In this document: one piece after another, positions 46,490 through 58,025 of the stretch
How the letters are laid out: each line of letters opens with the position of its first letter
Numbering within the stretch: the first letter of the stretch is position 1
DNA from: Acidimicrobiales bacterium
GTDB taxonomy: Bacteria; Actinomycetota; Acidimicrobiia; Acidimicrobiales; CATQHL01
Direction: 5' to 3'
NCBI GenBank assembly: GCA_964291305.2
Contig: OZ219784.1
Coordinates: 103,577-167,576 of the forward strand
DNA length: 64,000 nucleotides
Program-made: the position numbers and the translations under genes
The notes under the pieces: generated by a model
What the model saw: only the letters and a program-made list of their open reading frames with translations
The model's database searches: none
Told to the model about the DNA's origin: nothing

Positions 46490-47146
46490 TCATGTTTGGG
46501 TCGCGTCAGTATTAGGCATGTCTTCGGTGTCCACCAGGCCCGGCCAGGGCTTCACCCGGCGGGCCAGCAGCGGGAAGTCCTTGCGCAGCGGGTGGCCCTC
46601 GAACTCGCCCGGCAGGTAAATGTGGCGCAGGTCGGGGTGGCCAATAAAGGCAATCCCGAACATCTCCCAGGCTTCCCGCTCGTGCCAGTTGGCACCGGCA
46701 TACACGGGGATCCAGGTCTCCACCGCCGGGTTTTCATTCGGCAGGTCGGCCTTGAGGGTCACCGAGAGGTTCTCCCCCCCGGGGTTGTCCTCCACAGCCA
46801 TAACACGGGCGAAGACCTGCAAGCGGGTCTCGCCACCGGCCACTCCGTGCTCAATAGCAGTGTCAGCAATTGGGGGGCCACTGGTGGGCCAGTCCTGCTC
46901 GGCGTCCATGTCGCGCCCAAACGGGGAAGGCAGCCAGTCGATGGCCGAGAGAAAATCAAACCAGCGACAGCCCAAATCGTCGCGCAGAGCAAAGCCCGCC
47001 TGCTGCCAGGACTCGTGATGGACCCGTACCCACAACTCTCCCCGCTGGGAATGATGCGCCAGAACCGCTTCGCCGAGCTGCTCGCCGAGGCAAGCCAAAG
47101 CAGCAACATGACGCGGCTCGGTCGGGGCGGGGGATGTCTCGCTCAC
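46490..47146 (-). CDS. nuoC: NADH-quinone oxidoreductase subunit C (operon 1)
   Basis: 218 aa, with HEREAWEMFGIAFIGHPDLRHIYLPGEFEGHPLRKDFPL. Confidence 0.9.
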   Translation of the reverse strand: MSETSPAPTEPRHVAALACLGEQLGEAVLAHHSQRGELWVRVHHESWQQAGFALRDDLGCRWFDFLSAIDWLPSPFGRDMDAEQDWPTSGPPIADTAIEHGVAGGETRLQVFARVMAVEDNPGGENLSVTLKADLPNENPAVETWIPVYAGANWHEREAWEMFGIAFIGHPDLRHIYLPGEFEGHPLRKDFPLLARRVKPWPGLVDTEDMPNTDATQT

Positions 47147-47164
47147 CTTAGAAGTCCTCGTGCC

Positions 47165-47665
47165 CTAATCGACGACGATCGGATCGCCGCGCCAGCGGGC
47201 GGCCATGTCCTCGTTGGCGATGCGCTCCTGCAGCAAGACAATGCCCTCCAGTAGGGCTTCGGGACGGGGCGGACACCCCGGTACGTAGACATCTACCGGG
47301 ACTATCTGGTCTATGCCCTTGGTGACCGAGTACGAGTCCCAGTAGGGGCCGCCGCAGTTAGCGCACGAACCCATCGAGATGACGTATTTAGGGTCGGGCA
47401 TCTGCTCGTAGAGCCGCAGAATCGACGGCACCATCTTGTCGGTGACGGTGCCCGAGATCACCACCAGATCGGCCTGGCGGGGACTGGCGGGGAAAGGGAT
47501 CACCCCCAGGCGCATGACGTCGTAGCGGGGCGAACCGAACGCCGCCCCCATCTCTATGGCGCAGCAGGCCAACCCCCACTGATAAACCCAAAGGGAGTAC
47601 TTGCGGCCGATATTCAGCAGCTTGGTAAGCGGCGCGGGCATCTTGCCGCTCTCTACCAGGCCCAT
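47165..47665 (-). CDS. nuoB: NADH-quinone oxidoreductase subunit B (operon 1)
   Basis: 166 aa with N2-cluster ligand contexts [19 protein letters not shown] and VPGCPPRPE. Confidence 0.9.
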   Translation of the reverse strand: MGLVESGKMPAPLTKLLNIGRKYSLWVYQWGLACCAIEMGAAFGSPRYDVMRLGVIPFPASPRQADLVVISGTVTDKMVPSILRLYEQMPDPKYVISMGSCANCGGPYWDSYSVTKGIDQIVPVDVYVPGCPPRPEALLEGIVLLQERIANEDMAARWRGDPIVVD

Positions 47666-47700
47666 CTAGCTACAGCCTCCTACGGGGCGAGGCGCAGTGC

Positions 47701-48066
47701 TCAGACCCACCGCAGCACCCGCTTGCGCCAGGCGTAGAACAGTCCCAGAGCCAATATGAAGATGAAGATCGCCATCTCCACCAGGCCGAACACCCCGTAG
47801 ACCTCCAGCCGGGTAGCCCAGGGGAAGATAAACACCGCCTCCACATCGAACATGACGAACAGCAGCGCGAACAGGTAGTAGCGCAGCGTGCTCTGCGACC
47901 AACCCTCCCCGACGGGGTCTACGCCGCTCTCGTAAGTGACGTACTTTTGACGCTGGGGCCGATCGGGGCGTAGCACCCCGCCGAGGCCCAGCATCAAGGC
48001 CACCATAAGCACCGCCAATACGGCGAATAAACCGACCGTCAGGTAGCTGCGCAGGAAGTCCGACAC
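47701..48066 (-). CDS. nuoA: NADH-quinone oxidoreductase subunit A (operon 1)
   Basis: 121 aa, with YESGVDPVG...RYYLFALLFVMFDVEAVFIFPWA. Confidence 0.9.
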   Translation of the reverse strand: MSDFLRSYLTVGLFAVLAVLMVALMLGLGGVLRPDRPQRQKYVTYESGVDPVGEGWSQSTLRYYLFALLFVMFDVEAVFIFPWATRLEVYGVFGLVEMAIFIFILALGLFYAWRKRVLRWV

Positions 48067-48127
48067 AGAGCCAGAGCCTACCTATCGGTAGCCGCTCGAC
48101 GACGGCTAGAGCTGGTGCCAGCCGCCC

Positions 48128-49492
48128 TCAGCTGCCCAGGCTCGGAATCTGGGCCTTTGCGGCCTGGATTGCCTCCGCCGGATAGCTGTAGTCGTGCAGT
48201 TGACCCGTCAAGTAAGAGTCGTAGGCCGAGAGGTCTAACAGGCCATGGCCGCACAACGCGGTGAGGATGACTTTCTCCTCGCCGGTGGTGGCACAGCGCC
48301 GGGCCTCCGCCACAGCCGAGGCCAGAGCATGGGTGGGCTCGGGGGCGGGGATGATGCCCTCGCAGCGGGCAAACAGCGTGCCCGCCTCGAAGCACTCCAA
48401 CTGGTGCTTAGCTTCGGCCTCTACGAGACCCAGTTCGTAGATGTGCGAGAGCAGCGGCGACATGCCGTGATAGCGCAGACCGCCCGCGTGGATAGGGGCT
48501 GGCACGAAGCTGTGCCCCAAGGTGTGCATCTTGATGAGCGGGGTGAAGCCCGCCATGTCGCCGAAGTCGTAAGCGTAGGAACCCTTGGTGAGCGTGGGGC
48601 AGGCCGCTGGCTCCACGCAGCGGATGACCGGCGCCATTTTGCCGGCCAGCTTCTCGCGCAGGAACGGAAACGAAAGCCCGCCAAAGTTGGAACCTCCGCC
48701 AGTGCAGCCCACGATCAGGTCGGGGTTTTCGCCCAGCTCGGCGAGCTGCAGCAGAGCCTCCTCGCCGATAACCGTCTGATGCAACAGCACGTGGTTCAAA
48801 ACGCTGCCCAGCGAGTAGTGCGCCTGCGAGTCGCCAGCAGCCACCTCGATGGCTTCGCTAATAGCAATGCCGAGGCTGCCGGGGTTGTCGGGCTCGGCCT
48901 CTAGCAGCTTGCGCCCCGTCTCGGTGACTGTCGAAGGGCTAGGGTGCACGGAGGCGCCAAAAGTCTCCATCATGAGCCGCCGATAAGGCTTTTGGTCATA
49001 GGAGGCGCGCACCTGCCACACTTCGCATTCGAGTTCGAACATCTGACAGGCGAACGCCAGGGCGCAACCCCATTGCCCCGCGCCGGTCTCGGTGGTGAGC
49101 TTGGTAATGCCCGACTCGGCGTTGTAGAAAGCCTGCGGGACGGCGGTGTTGGGCTTGTGCGACCCGACCGGGCTGACGCCCTCATACTTGAAGTAGATAC
49201 GGGCCGGGGTGTTGAGAGCCTGCTCAAGTCGCCGGGCGCGCATCAAAGGCGTGGGACGCCACAGGCGGTACACCTGCTGGATAGGGTCGGGAATGTCTAT
49301 GTAGCTGTCGCTGCTGACCTCTTGGAGGATCAGCGCCAGCGGAAACAACGGGGCTAAAGCATCGGGGCCAATCGGCTCCATGGTGGCCGGATGCAGCGGA
49401 GGCGGGGGCGGCGCTGGCAAGTCCGGGATCACGTTGTACCACTGAGTGGGCATTTGATCTTCGGACAGAAGTGTTTTGATGCGTTCAGCCAT
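48128..49492 (-). CDS. TrpB2-type (TrpB-like) PLP-dependent enzyme
   Basis: 454 aa. [30 protein letters not shown] (PLP lysine) and TETGAGQWG are typical of the long TrpB2 clade. Confidence 0.8.
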   Translation of the reverse strand: MAERIKTLLSEDQMPTQWYNVIPDLPAPPPPPLHPATMEPIGPDALAPLFPLALILQEVSSDSYIDIPDPIQQVYRLWRPTPLMRARRLEQALNTPARIYFKYEGVSPVGSHKPNTAVPQAFYNAESGITKLTTETGAGQWGCALAFACQMFELECEVWQVRASYDQKPYRRLMMETFGASVHPSPSTVTETGRKLLEAEPDNPGSLGIAISEAIEVAAGDSQAHYSLGSVLNHVLLHQTVIGEEALLQLAELGENPDLIVGCTGGGSNFGGLSFPFLREKLAGKMAPVIRCVEPAACPTLTKGSYAYDFGDMAGFTPLIKMHTLGHSFVPAPIHAGGLRYHGMSPLLSHIYELGLVEAEAKHQLECFEAGTLFARCEGIIPAPEPTHALASAVAEARRCATTGEEKVILTALCGHGLLDLSAYDSYLTGQLHDYSYPAEAIQAAKAQIPSLGS

Positions 49493-49548
49493 GATCTCAG
49501 GGTAGGCGGTCAGCTAGCCGCTGGGGTAGTTAGGCGGGGCCGGCCGGG

Positions 49549-50202
49549 CTAAACGTGGCCTGCCGCGGCGGCTGCGACCGCCACACGCACGTCGTCTATG
49601 GCGCGCACCATGGTCCGACCGATCAGGTCGAGTCTCGTGACCTGCTCAATACGAGGGGTTACCTCGGCCAGCTCGCGCCCCGCGAGCAGGGCTCGGAAGA
49701 TACCGCAGGCGTCAGCCAGGCAAATCAGCATCACATCGCGCGGGTCGGGAATGTCCTCGCTCAACAGCACCTCCATTAGGCGCAACTTGACCTCTTTGCG
49801 GATTTGGCCGTCAATAGCGGGATACCGCCGGGTGCGGAACACCCACAAAAAGCGCTTGTCCTGTTCCTCCAGGACGCCCCGCTGCACCAGGCTGGCCAGC
49901 GCCGCTGCCCGGATGTCCTCAGCCCGCTCGGCCACGTGCTCGATCCAGTAACGGGAATCATGCGGACCCTCAGCAGCAATCTCCGCCAGCGTTTGATCTA
50001 GCAGTTCGTCGCCGGTGGGCGTGTCGTCAACTAGGAACAGGTGCTCTAGATCAGTGTCGATGCGATTGGCATCGGCTAACTCCATCAGGACCGCGCCGGC
50101 GATGGCGAAGCGCAGCGACCAGGTAGGGACTCGTACAAACGAACCGCCCTCGTCGCTTAGTAGGAGAAGATTGATTTCTTCTACAAGTCCAACCATTGGC
50201 AT
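49549..50202 (-). CDS. GPP34/GOLPH3 family protein
   Basis: Start taken at ATG 50202 (MPMVGLVEEINLLLLSDEGG); the track ORF extends to 50256. FAIAGAVLMELADANRI fits the GPP34 family. Confidence 0.7.
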   Translation of the reverse strand: MPMVGLVEEINLLLLSDEGGSFVRVPTWSLRFAIAGAVLMELADANRIDTDLEHLFLVDDTPTGDELLDQTLAEIAAEGPHDSRYWIEHVAERAEDIRAAALASLVQRGVLEEQDKRFLWVFRTRRYPAIDGQIRKEVKLRLMEVLLSEDIPDPRDVMLICLADACGIFRALLAGRELAEVTPRIEQVTRLDLIGRTMVRAIDDVRVAVAAAAAGHV

Positions 50203-50267
50203 CCTTTCGCTGGGTCTCCAGCACAAGCTAACGCGCTCAACCCCAACGGTTAGCACAGGCGCCGCGT

Positions 50268-51734
50268 CTAGCTGCCGAGCCAGACTGTGGCGTCGTTAGT
50301 GAGTTCTACCAGTGGGCCAGGCAAAATGCCGAAGACCAGCGTGGCCAGCGCGCACACGGCTACCACAAAGGCCGCCGAACGCGAGACCGTCGGCCGGCCC
50401 AAAAGCACCGGAGCGGTGAGATACATCCGTACCACGATCCGCAGATAAAGAAAGGCCGCTACCACCGCGCCGAGCATCGCTATGGCCGCCAACCAGAACG
50501 AGCGAGCCTCTACTGAGGCGCCGATGACCTCCAGCTTCGCCCAGAATCCCGTGGTAAACGGCACGCCCGCCTGCGCCAGCAGCAATACAGCGAAAGCAGC
50601 TGCCAGCATTGGCGAACGCTTAGCCAGGCCGTCGTAAGAGTCGAGGCTCTGGCGGCCACCGGCGTCGGTGCCGAGGATCGTGACCACCGCAAAGCTGCCC
50701 AAAGCCAGGAAGGCGTAGACGCCAAGGTAGAAGAGCGAGCCGGCAATGCCCTCGTCGGTTGCCGCCTCGACGCCTACGAGGATGAAGCCGGCGTGGCTGA
50801 TGGACGAGTAAGCCAGCAGTCGTCGAACATCGGACTGCACCACCGCCAGCGTGGCGCCCACTAACACCGTTAGAGCCGCAATAGCATAGACGATGGGTTG
50901 CCAGTCGGCGGCGTTGGCGCCGAGGGCGGCGTTGAACACCCGCAGCAAGCCAGCAAAGCCGGCGGCTTTCACCCCCGCGGACATGTAGGCCACCGCCACC
51001 GGCGGAGATCCCTCGTAGACATCGGGGGTCCAGGCATGGAACGGCACCGCCGCCACTTTGAAGAAAAGCCCTACTAGCAGCAGCGCCATACCACCGAGCA
51101 ACAGGGCGTTGGACTCCGGCCCTTCGCCGGCTAAGAAATCCGCCACCAAGGCCAGCTTGGTAGACCCGGTGGCCCCGTAGAGCAGAGCCACTCCGTAGAG
51201 GAAAAACGCCGAGGCGAACGCTCCCAGCAAGAAGTATTTGAGCCCGGCTTCTTGGGATTGGCTGCGTCGCAGGTCTAGGGCAGCCAGCACATAGGCGGAG
51301 ATAGACAGCACCTCGAGCCCTAAGAACAACACGATTAGGTCGTTAGCCGAGGCCATCGTGACACCACCGGCACCCGAAAGCAGCAAAAGCACGCAGAACT
51401 CCTCAGCGGGCAAACCCAGCCGACGCAGCGTGCCCGAGGCCAGCACCGCACTCAGCAGCACCGAGATGGCAACCACCCCGCTGAGGAACACCGAGAACCC
51501 GTCGATACCGATGGTGTCGGCGATCGTGGTGAACGCTCCCCTAGCGGGATCCTGCACCCTGACCCACAGCCAGATCACCCCGCCCAGAGCGCCCAGGGCG
51601 GCGCCAGCAGAAAAGGCGGTGGCAAACCAAGCTGGCAGTCGCCGCCGCAGCAACGATCCCAGCGTCAGCAGCACTAGGCCGCCCCCGCCCAGAAAGTACT
51701 GCGGCAGTAGGGCTGGCCAGTCCACCTGAGGCAT
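50268..51734 (-). CDS. nuoN: NADH-quinone oxidoreductase subunit N (operon 2)
   Basis: The track ORF 50268..52025 has an Arg/Gly-rich N-extension lying inside nuoM. ATG 51734 (MPQVDWPALLPQ) shares one base with the nuoM stop (TAATG). Confidence 0.85.
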   Translation of the reverse strand: MPQVDWPALLPQYFLGGGGLVLLTLGSLLRRRLPAWFATAFSAGAALGALGGVIWLWVRVQDPARGAFTTIADTIGIDGFSVFLSGVVAISVLLSAVLASGTLRRLGLPAEEFCVLLLLSGAGGVTMASANDLIVLFLGLEVLSISAYVLAALDLRRSQSQEAGLKYFLLGAFASAFFLYGVALLYGATGSTKLALVADFLAGEGPESNALLLGGMALLLVGLFFKVAAVPFHAWTPDVYEGSPPVAVAYMSAGVKAAGFAGLLRVFNAALGANAADWQPIVYAIAALTVLVGATLAVVQSDVRRLLAYSSISHAGFILVGVEAATDEGIAGSLFYLGVYAFLALGSFAVVTILGTDAGGRQSLDSYDGLAKRSPMLAAAFAVLLLAQAGVPFTTGFWAKLEVIGASVEARSFWLAAIAMLGAVVAAFLYLRIVVRMYLTAPVLLGRPTVSRSAAFVVAVCALATLVFGILPGPLVELTNDATVWLGS

Positions 51735-53280
51735 TACCGCCCCACCTCCGGTTCGAGAGGGTCGCTGGCTTCTGGCGTGCCGTGAGCCTCCACGTGTGAC
51801 ACCAGCGCGTCCACCGAGGGTTCCATGCGATCCAACACTGGCCGCGGGTACACGCCCAGGAAGATGATGAGCGCCAGCAGGGGTGCTAGCACAAGGCCTT
51901 CGCGCCAGCGCAGGTCGGCCATCGTGGCGTTGAGGCCCCGCGCCGGGCCGTGGAACACCCGCTGATAGGCCCAAAGCAGGTATACCGCCGCCAGGATCAC
52001 CCCGACAGTTGCCGCCACTGCCCACCAGCGGTGCGCCTCAAAGGCACCCAGCAGCACCAGGAACTCGCCTACGAACCCGTTGAGGCCCGGCAGTCCCACC
52101 GAGGAGAGCATGACCACCAGGAAGGTCAACGCCAGGACCGGCGCGGGCTTCGCTAGGCCACCTAGTTCGGCTATGGCGCGGGTGTGGCGCCGCTCGTAGA
52201 TGTAGCCCACCAGGAGGAACAGCGCTCCGGTGGATAGGCCATGGTTCACCATCTGCAGCAGGCCGCCGCTGAGACCTTCAGTGTTGAGAGCGAAGATGCC
52301 CAGGATGATGAAGCCCAGGTGCGCCACCGAGGAATAGGCGATTAGCCGCTTGAAGTCACTCTGCATCGTGGCCACCACAGCGCCGTAGAGGATGCCCACC
52401 ACGCCTAGGGTGAGCATTAGCGGGGCGAAGAAGCGAGACGCCTCGGGGAACAAGTACAAGCCAAACCGGACGAAGCCATAGGTGCCGAGCTTCAGCATCA
52501 CTCCCGCCAAGATCACCGATCCCGCCGTGGGGGCGTCGGTGTGTGCGTCCGGCAGCCAGGTGTGCAGCGGAATGAGCGGCACCTTTACGGCGAAGCCGAG
52601 GGCAAAGGCTAGGAATATCCAGCGGGCGGTGGTGGTAGCTAGGGACTGTGACAGGGCGATCTCCACTACGTCGAAGGTGAGCGGGCCGCCGGTCGCCGAG
52701 GCGTGCAGGAACGCAGTAGCGAGGACGCCCACCAACATCAGCGCCGAGCCGAACATGGTGAACAAGAAGAACTTGACCGCCGAGTAGCGGGCGTTTCCGT
52801 GCCCCCACTGACCGATGAGAAAGTACATCGGCACCAACACAACCTCGAAGAACAGGAAGAACAAAAGCAGGTCCAGAGCCGAGAACACGCCCAGGCAGCC
52901 GAACTCCAGCAGCAACAGCCACACGTAATAGGCCTTGTGGTCGTGGCCCGGATCTGTCGCCAGGGCTCCCAGCGGGAAAAGCAGCGCCGTCAAGGCCAGC
53001 AAGAACAGCGAGATGCCGTCGATGCCCAGCTTCCAACTGATCCCCCAGGCGGCCACCCACGTCTGATCCACGATCATTTCGAAGCCGCCAGAAGCCACCG
53101 GGTACTCGGCGATCATCCAACCCGCCAGCGCGGCCACAGCCGACATGAACAACACCGCCACCGGGCGCACCAACTCCACGCGACTGCGGGGCAGCAGCAG
53201 CACCGCAGCGGCTCCCAACAGCGGCAACAGCACCAGCATCCCCAGCGCGGGGAATGACTGCGTACCGCTGGCCGCCAGGA

Positions 53281-53290
<10 letters not shown>
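51734..53290 (-). CDS. nuoM: NADH-quinone oxidoreductase subunit M (operon 2)
   Basis: 518 aa, with PLHTWLPDAHTDAPTAGSVILAG. Confidence 0.9.
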
Positions 53291-55161
<1,871 letters not shown>

Positions 55162-55173
55162 TGCCAGAGCGCC

Positions 55174-55476
55174 TCAGCCGCGCAGCGCCGAGATGTCGTC
55201 GGCGGTGGCGCCGGCGCGGCGACGCATGATCGCCACCACGATCGCCAGGCCCACAACCACCTCGGCCGCCGCCACTACAAGCACGAAGAACACTGATACT
55301 TGTCCGCCCAGGTCGGCCAGATCGCGACCGAAGGCCACGAAGGTCAAGTTGACGGCATTCAGCATTAGCTCCACGCACATAAACATGATCAACGGGTTGC
55401 GCCGCACTAGCAGTCCCACCGCGCCGAGCGCGAACACCACTGCCGCCAAGGCCAGATACCAACCGGTGTCGACCAT
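55174..55476 (-). CDS. nuoK: NADH-quinone oxidoreductase subunit K (operon 2)
   Basis: Start taken at ATG 55476 (MVDTGWYLALAAVVFALGAVG); the track ORF extends to 55584. Contains CVELMLNAVNLTFVAF. Confidence 0.85.
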   Translation of the reverse strand: MVDTGWYLALAAVVFALGAVGLLVRRNPLIMFMCVELMLNAVNLTFVAFGRDLADLGGQVSVFFVLVVAAAEVVVGLAIVVAIMRRRAGATADDISALRG

Positions 55477-55501
55477 CAGGAGCGCGCCTTGGAGTGCATG
55501 C

Positions 55502-56155
55502 TCACACCGCCTCGGGGGCAGCCTCGGCCGAGGGTTCGGCGGTCTCGTCGGTAGTGGGTCGACGGCCAGCCAAGACCACCGCACCGACGACTGCCACGGT
55601 GAGCAGCAGTCCAGTCAACTGGAACGCCCATACGTAGTCGGTGAACACCCACCAGGCCACCTGGCGGATGTTGGAGCTGGGCTCGGTGCCGTCGCAGTCT
55701 TGGACAAGCGGGCCGGAGGAACTAGGTGCTTTGGCCACCCCAGTACAGCTGTCGTATTCGGGCGCTACCGCCGCCGGCTGCCCCGTCGCCACCGGACCGG
55801 CGAAACTGCCCGAGCCGGCGGAGATGGTGAACAGCAGCGCTAACACCAACACGGCCACTCCCAAGCCCAGAGCCAGCGGGCGCTGGCCGCCAAGCGGCTC
55901 GGTGTGCAGGTTCTCGGCCCGGTCCACGCCCAAGAGCATGATGACGAACAGGAACAGCACCACAATGGCGCCGGCGTAGACGATCACCTGAACAGCGGCC
56001 AGGAATTGTGCGTCCAGCGTCAGGAAGAGCACCGCAATCCCAAACAGCGTCGCCACCAGCGACAGGGCGGCGCGCACCGGGTGACGAGACACGATAACCC
56101 CGAACGCTCCACCCACGGTGATAGCCGCACAGACGGCGAATACGGCTGCCTGCAT
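55502..56155 (-). CDS. nuoJ: NADH-quinone oxidoreductase subunit J (operon 2)
   Basis: 217-aa hydrophobic ORF in the J position, with VIVYAGAIVVLFLFVIMLLG. Confidence 0.85.
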   Translation of the reverse strand: MQAAVFAVCAAITVGGAFGVIVSRHPVRAALSLVATLFGIAVLFLTLDAQFLAAVQVIVYAGAIVVLFLFVIMLLGVDRAENLHTEPLGGQRPLALGLGVAVLVLALLFTISAGSGSFAGPVATGQPAAVAPEYDSCTGVAKAPSSSGPLVQDCDGTEPSSNIRQVAWWVFTDYVWAFQLTGLLLTVAVVGAVVLAGRRPTTDETAEPSAEAAPEAV

Positions 56156-56808
56156 TAGGTCGAAGACTCCCGGGCCGAGGACTCCCGCTGGGGCTCATCG
56201 GCAGGGGTGTCGGCCAGCTCGGCGGTTTGACCCTGCTCGGGTGGGCGCACCCCGTAGCCCAACTCGGCCGACCAGACGGCGCGACCCTCCCAGGCGGCCG
56301 AGCCTGAAGGGGAAGTGGCTCGCATCCAGCCGGAGGTGTGCTCGTCGTCGCCGGGGCGCCAGTCTTCCCAAGCCAGCCGTCGGGGTTTGCCGTCGTCGTC
56401 TACCAGCAGCTCTTCTTTGGTGTAAACGGCGTCGTCACGGGAGGTAAAGGAGAACTCAAAGAGTTTCGACTCGGTGATGGCCTCGGTGGGGCAGGCCTCC
56501 ACGCACAGGTCGCAGTGGATGCAGCGCAGGTAGTTGATCTCGTAGACGTAGCCGTAGCGCTCACCGGGGGCTACCGGGCTGTCGGGGGGATTGTCGGCGC
56601 CGCGCACGTATATGCAATTAGCTGGACAAACACCAGCGCAGAGCTCGCAACCGATACAGCGCTCCATCCCGTCCTCGTAGCGCCCCAGCACGTGGCGCCC
56701 ATGGAAACGCTCGGGCTTGGGACGTTTCACGGTGGGATAGCGCGAGGTGACACGGTTCTCAAACAGCTTGGCGAACGTGACCTTAAACCCGCCGAAGAAG
56801 TTCACCAC
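56155..56808 (-). CDS. nuoI: NADH-quinone oxidoreductase subunit I (operon 2), with C-terminal extension
   Basis: 217 aa, with CIGCELCAGVCP and CIHCDLCVEACP. Confidence 0.9.
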   Translation of the reverse strand: MVNFFGGFKVTFAKLFENRVTSRYPTVKRPKPERFHGRHVLGRYEDGMERCIGCELCAGVCPANCIYVRGADNPPDSPVAPGERYGYVYEINYLRCIHCDLCVEACPTEAITESKLFEFSFTSRDDAVYTKEELLVDDDGKPRRLAWEDWRPGDDEHTSGWMRATSPSGSAAWEGRAVWSAELGYGVRPPEQGQTAELADTPADEPQRESSARESST

Positions 56809-58025
56809 TGCGTCCGCCCCTCCGACAGCTCGCTCGCCGCCTCATCCACTCGCCGCTCTTTCTGGCCTGCCCGCACCGCCGTGCGCAGCAGCAAGCCAGC
56901 CCCGGCCAGGGCGGCCACGCTCACCACGATGACCACCGCCGTCGACCAGCGGAGGTCGCGACCAATGCTGAGGGCACCGAGGAACAACAGCCAGCCCAAC
57001 GACAGCGGAATGAGCACCTTCCAGCCCACGTCCATCAGCTGGTCATATCGCAGCCGGGGCAACGTGGCCCGAAGCCAGACAAACAGGAACAAGAACAGCA
57101 TCAGCTTCAGGAAGAACCAGATAATCCCCCAAAGCCAGTCCACCCCGGCTATGAGGATCGGGCCGTCGGGGCCACCCAAGAACAGCGTCACGACGATTGC
57201 CGACATCGTGATCACGTTCATGAACTCCGCCAAGAAGAACAGCGCAAACCTGATAGAGCTGTACTCGGTGTGGAAGCCCCCCACGAGTTCCTGCTCTGCC
57301 TCTACTAGGTCGAACGGCGGGCGGTTCAATTCGGCGGTGGTAGCCACGAGGAACACCACGAACGGAACGATGCCGGTGACCCAGAGATTCCAGTCGTAGC
57401 CACTCTGGTCGGCCACGATGTCGTGGGTGGACAAGCTGCCGGACTGCAGCAGCACCGCAGCCAGAGACAGACCCAGGGCGGCTTCATAGGAGACCATCTG
57501 CGCCGAAGCCCGCACTGAGCCCAGAAGCGGGTACTTAGAACCCGAGGACCAGCCTGCCAGCATCACCCCGTAGACCGCCACCGACGACATGGCCAGCACT
57601 AGCAGAATGCCGATGTGAGGGTCGGCCACCTGCAGATAGGTGGTGTTACCCCACCAGCTGACCGTGCCGTCGCCGGTGGTGAAGTTGCCGCCCACCGGCA
57701 CCACGGTGAAGACCAGAAATGCCGGCACCAGCGAGAGATATGGCGCCAGCTTGTAGACGAAGCGGTCCGAACGAGCCGGAACTAGATCTTCCTTGAAGAA
57801 GAGCTTGATTCCGTCGGCCAGGGTCTGCAGTATGCCCCAGGGCCCAGCTAGCGCCGGTCCGATGCGGTTCTGCATGTCGCCGATGAGCTTGCGCTCAAAC
57901 CAGATCATCAGCATCACCGCCACCATCAGCATGGCGAAGGCGGCCACCACCTTGATGATGAGAATCAGCGCTTCGTCCAGGCCAAAGCCGCCGATGTAGG
58001 CCGGATCCAGCGCCAGGACGTTCAT
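56802..58025 (-). CDS. nuoH: NADH-quinone oxidoreductase subunit H (operon 2)
   Basis: 407 aa, with RIGPALAGPWGILQTLADGIKLFFKED. Confidence 0.9.
   Translation of the reverse strand: MNVLALDPAYIGGFGLDEALILIIKVVAAFAMLMVAVMLMIWFERKLIGDMQNRIGPALAGPWGILQTLADGIKLFFKEDLVPARSDRFVYKLAPYLSLVPAFLVFTVVPVGGNFTTGDGTVSWWGNTTYLQVADPHIGILLVLAMSSVAVYGVMLAGWSSGSKYPLLGSVRASAQMVSYEAALGLSLAAVLLQSGSLSTHDIVADQSGYDWNLWVTGIVPFVVFLVATTAELNRPPFDLVEAEQELVGGFHTEYSSIRFALFFLAEFMNVITMSAIVVTLFLGGPDGPILIAGVDWLWGIIWFFLKLMLFLFLFVWLRATLPRLRYDQLMDVGWKVLIPLSLGWLLFLGALSIGRDLRWSTAVVIVVSVAALAGAGLLLRTAVRAGQKERRVDEAASELSEGRTQW

Noticed and set aside
50268-52025. 585-aa version of nuoN (operon 2) and similar 5' extensions of nuoH1, nuoK2, nuoN1 and the GPP34 gene
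   Set aside because: The extensions overlap the preceding gene and are Arg/Gly-rich. Internal ATG/GTG codons give canonical N-termini and ATGA/GTGA/TAATG stop-start coupling.
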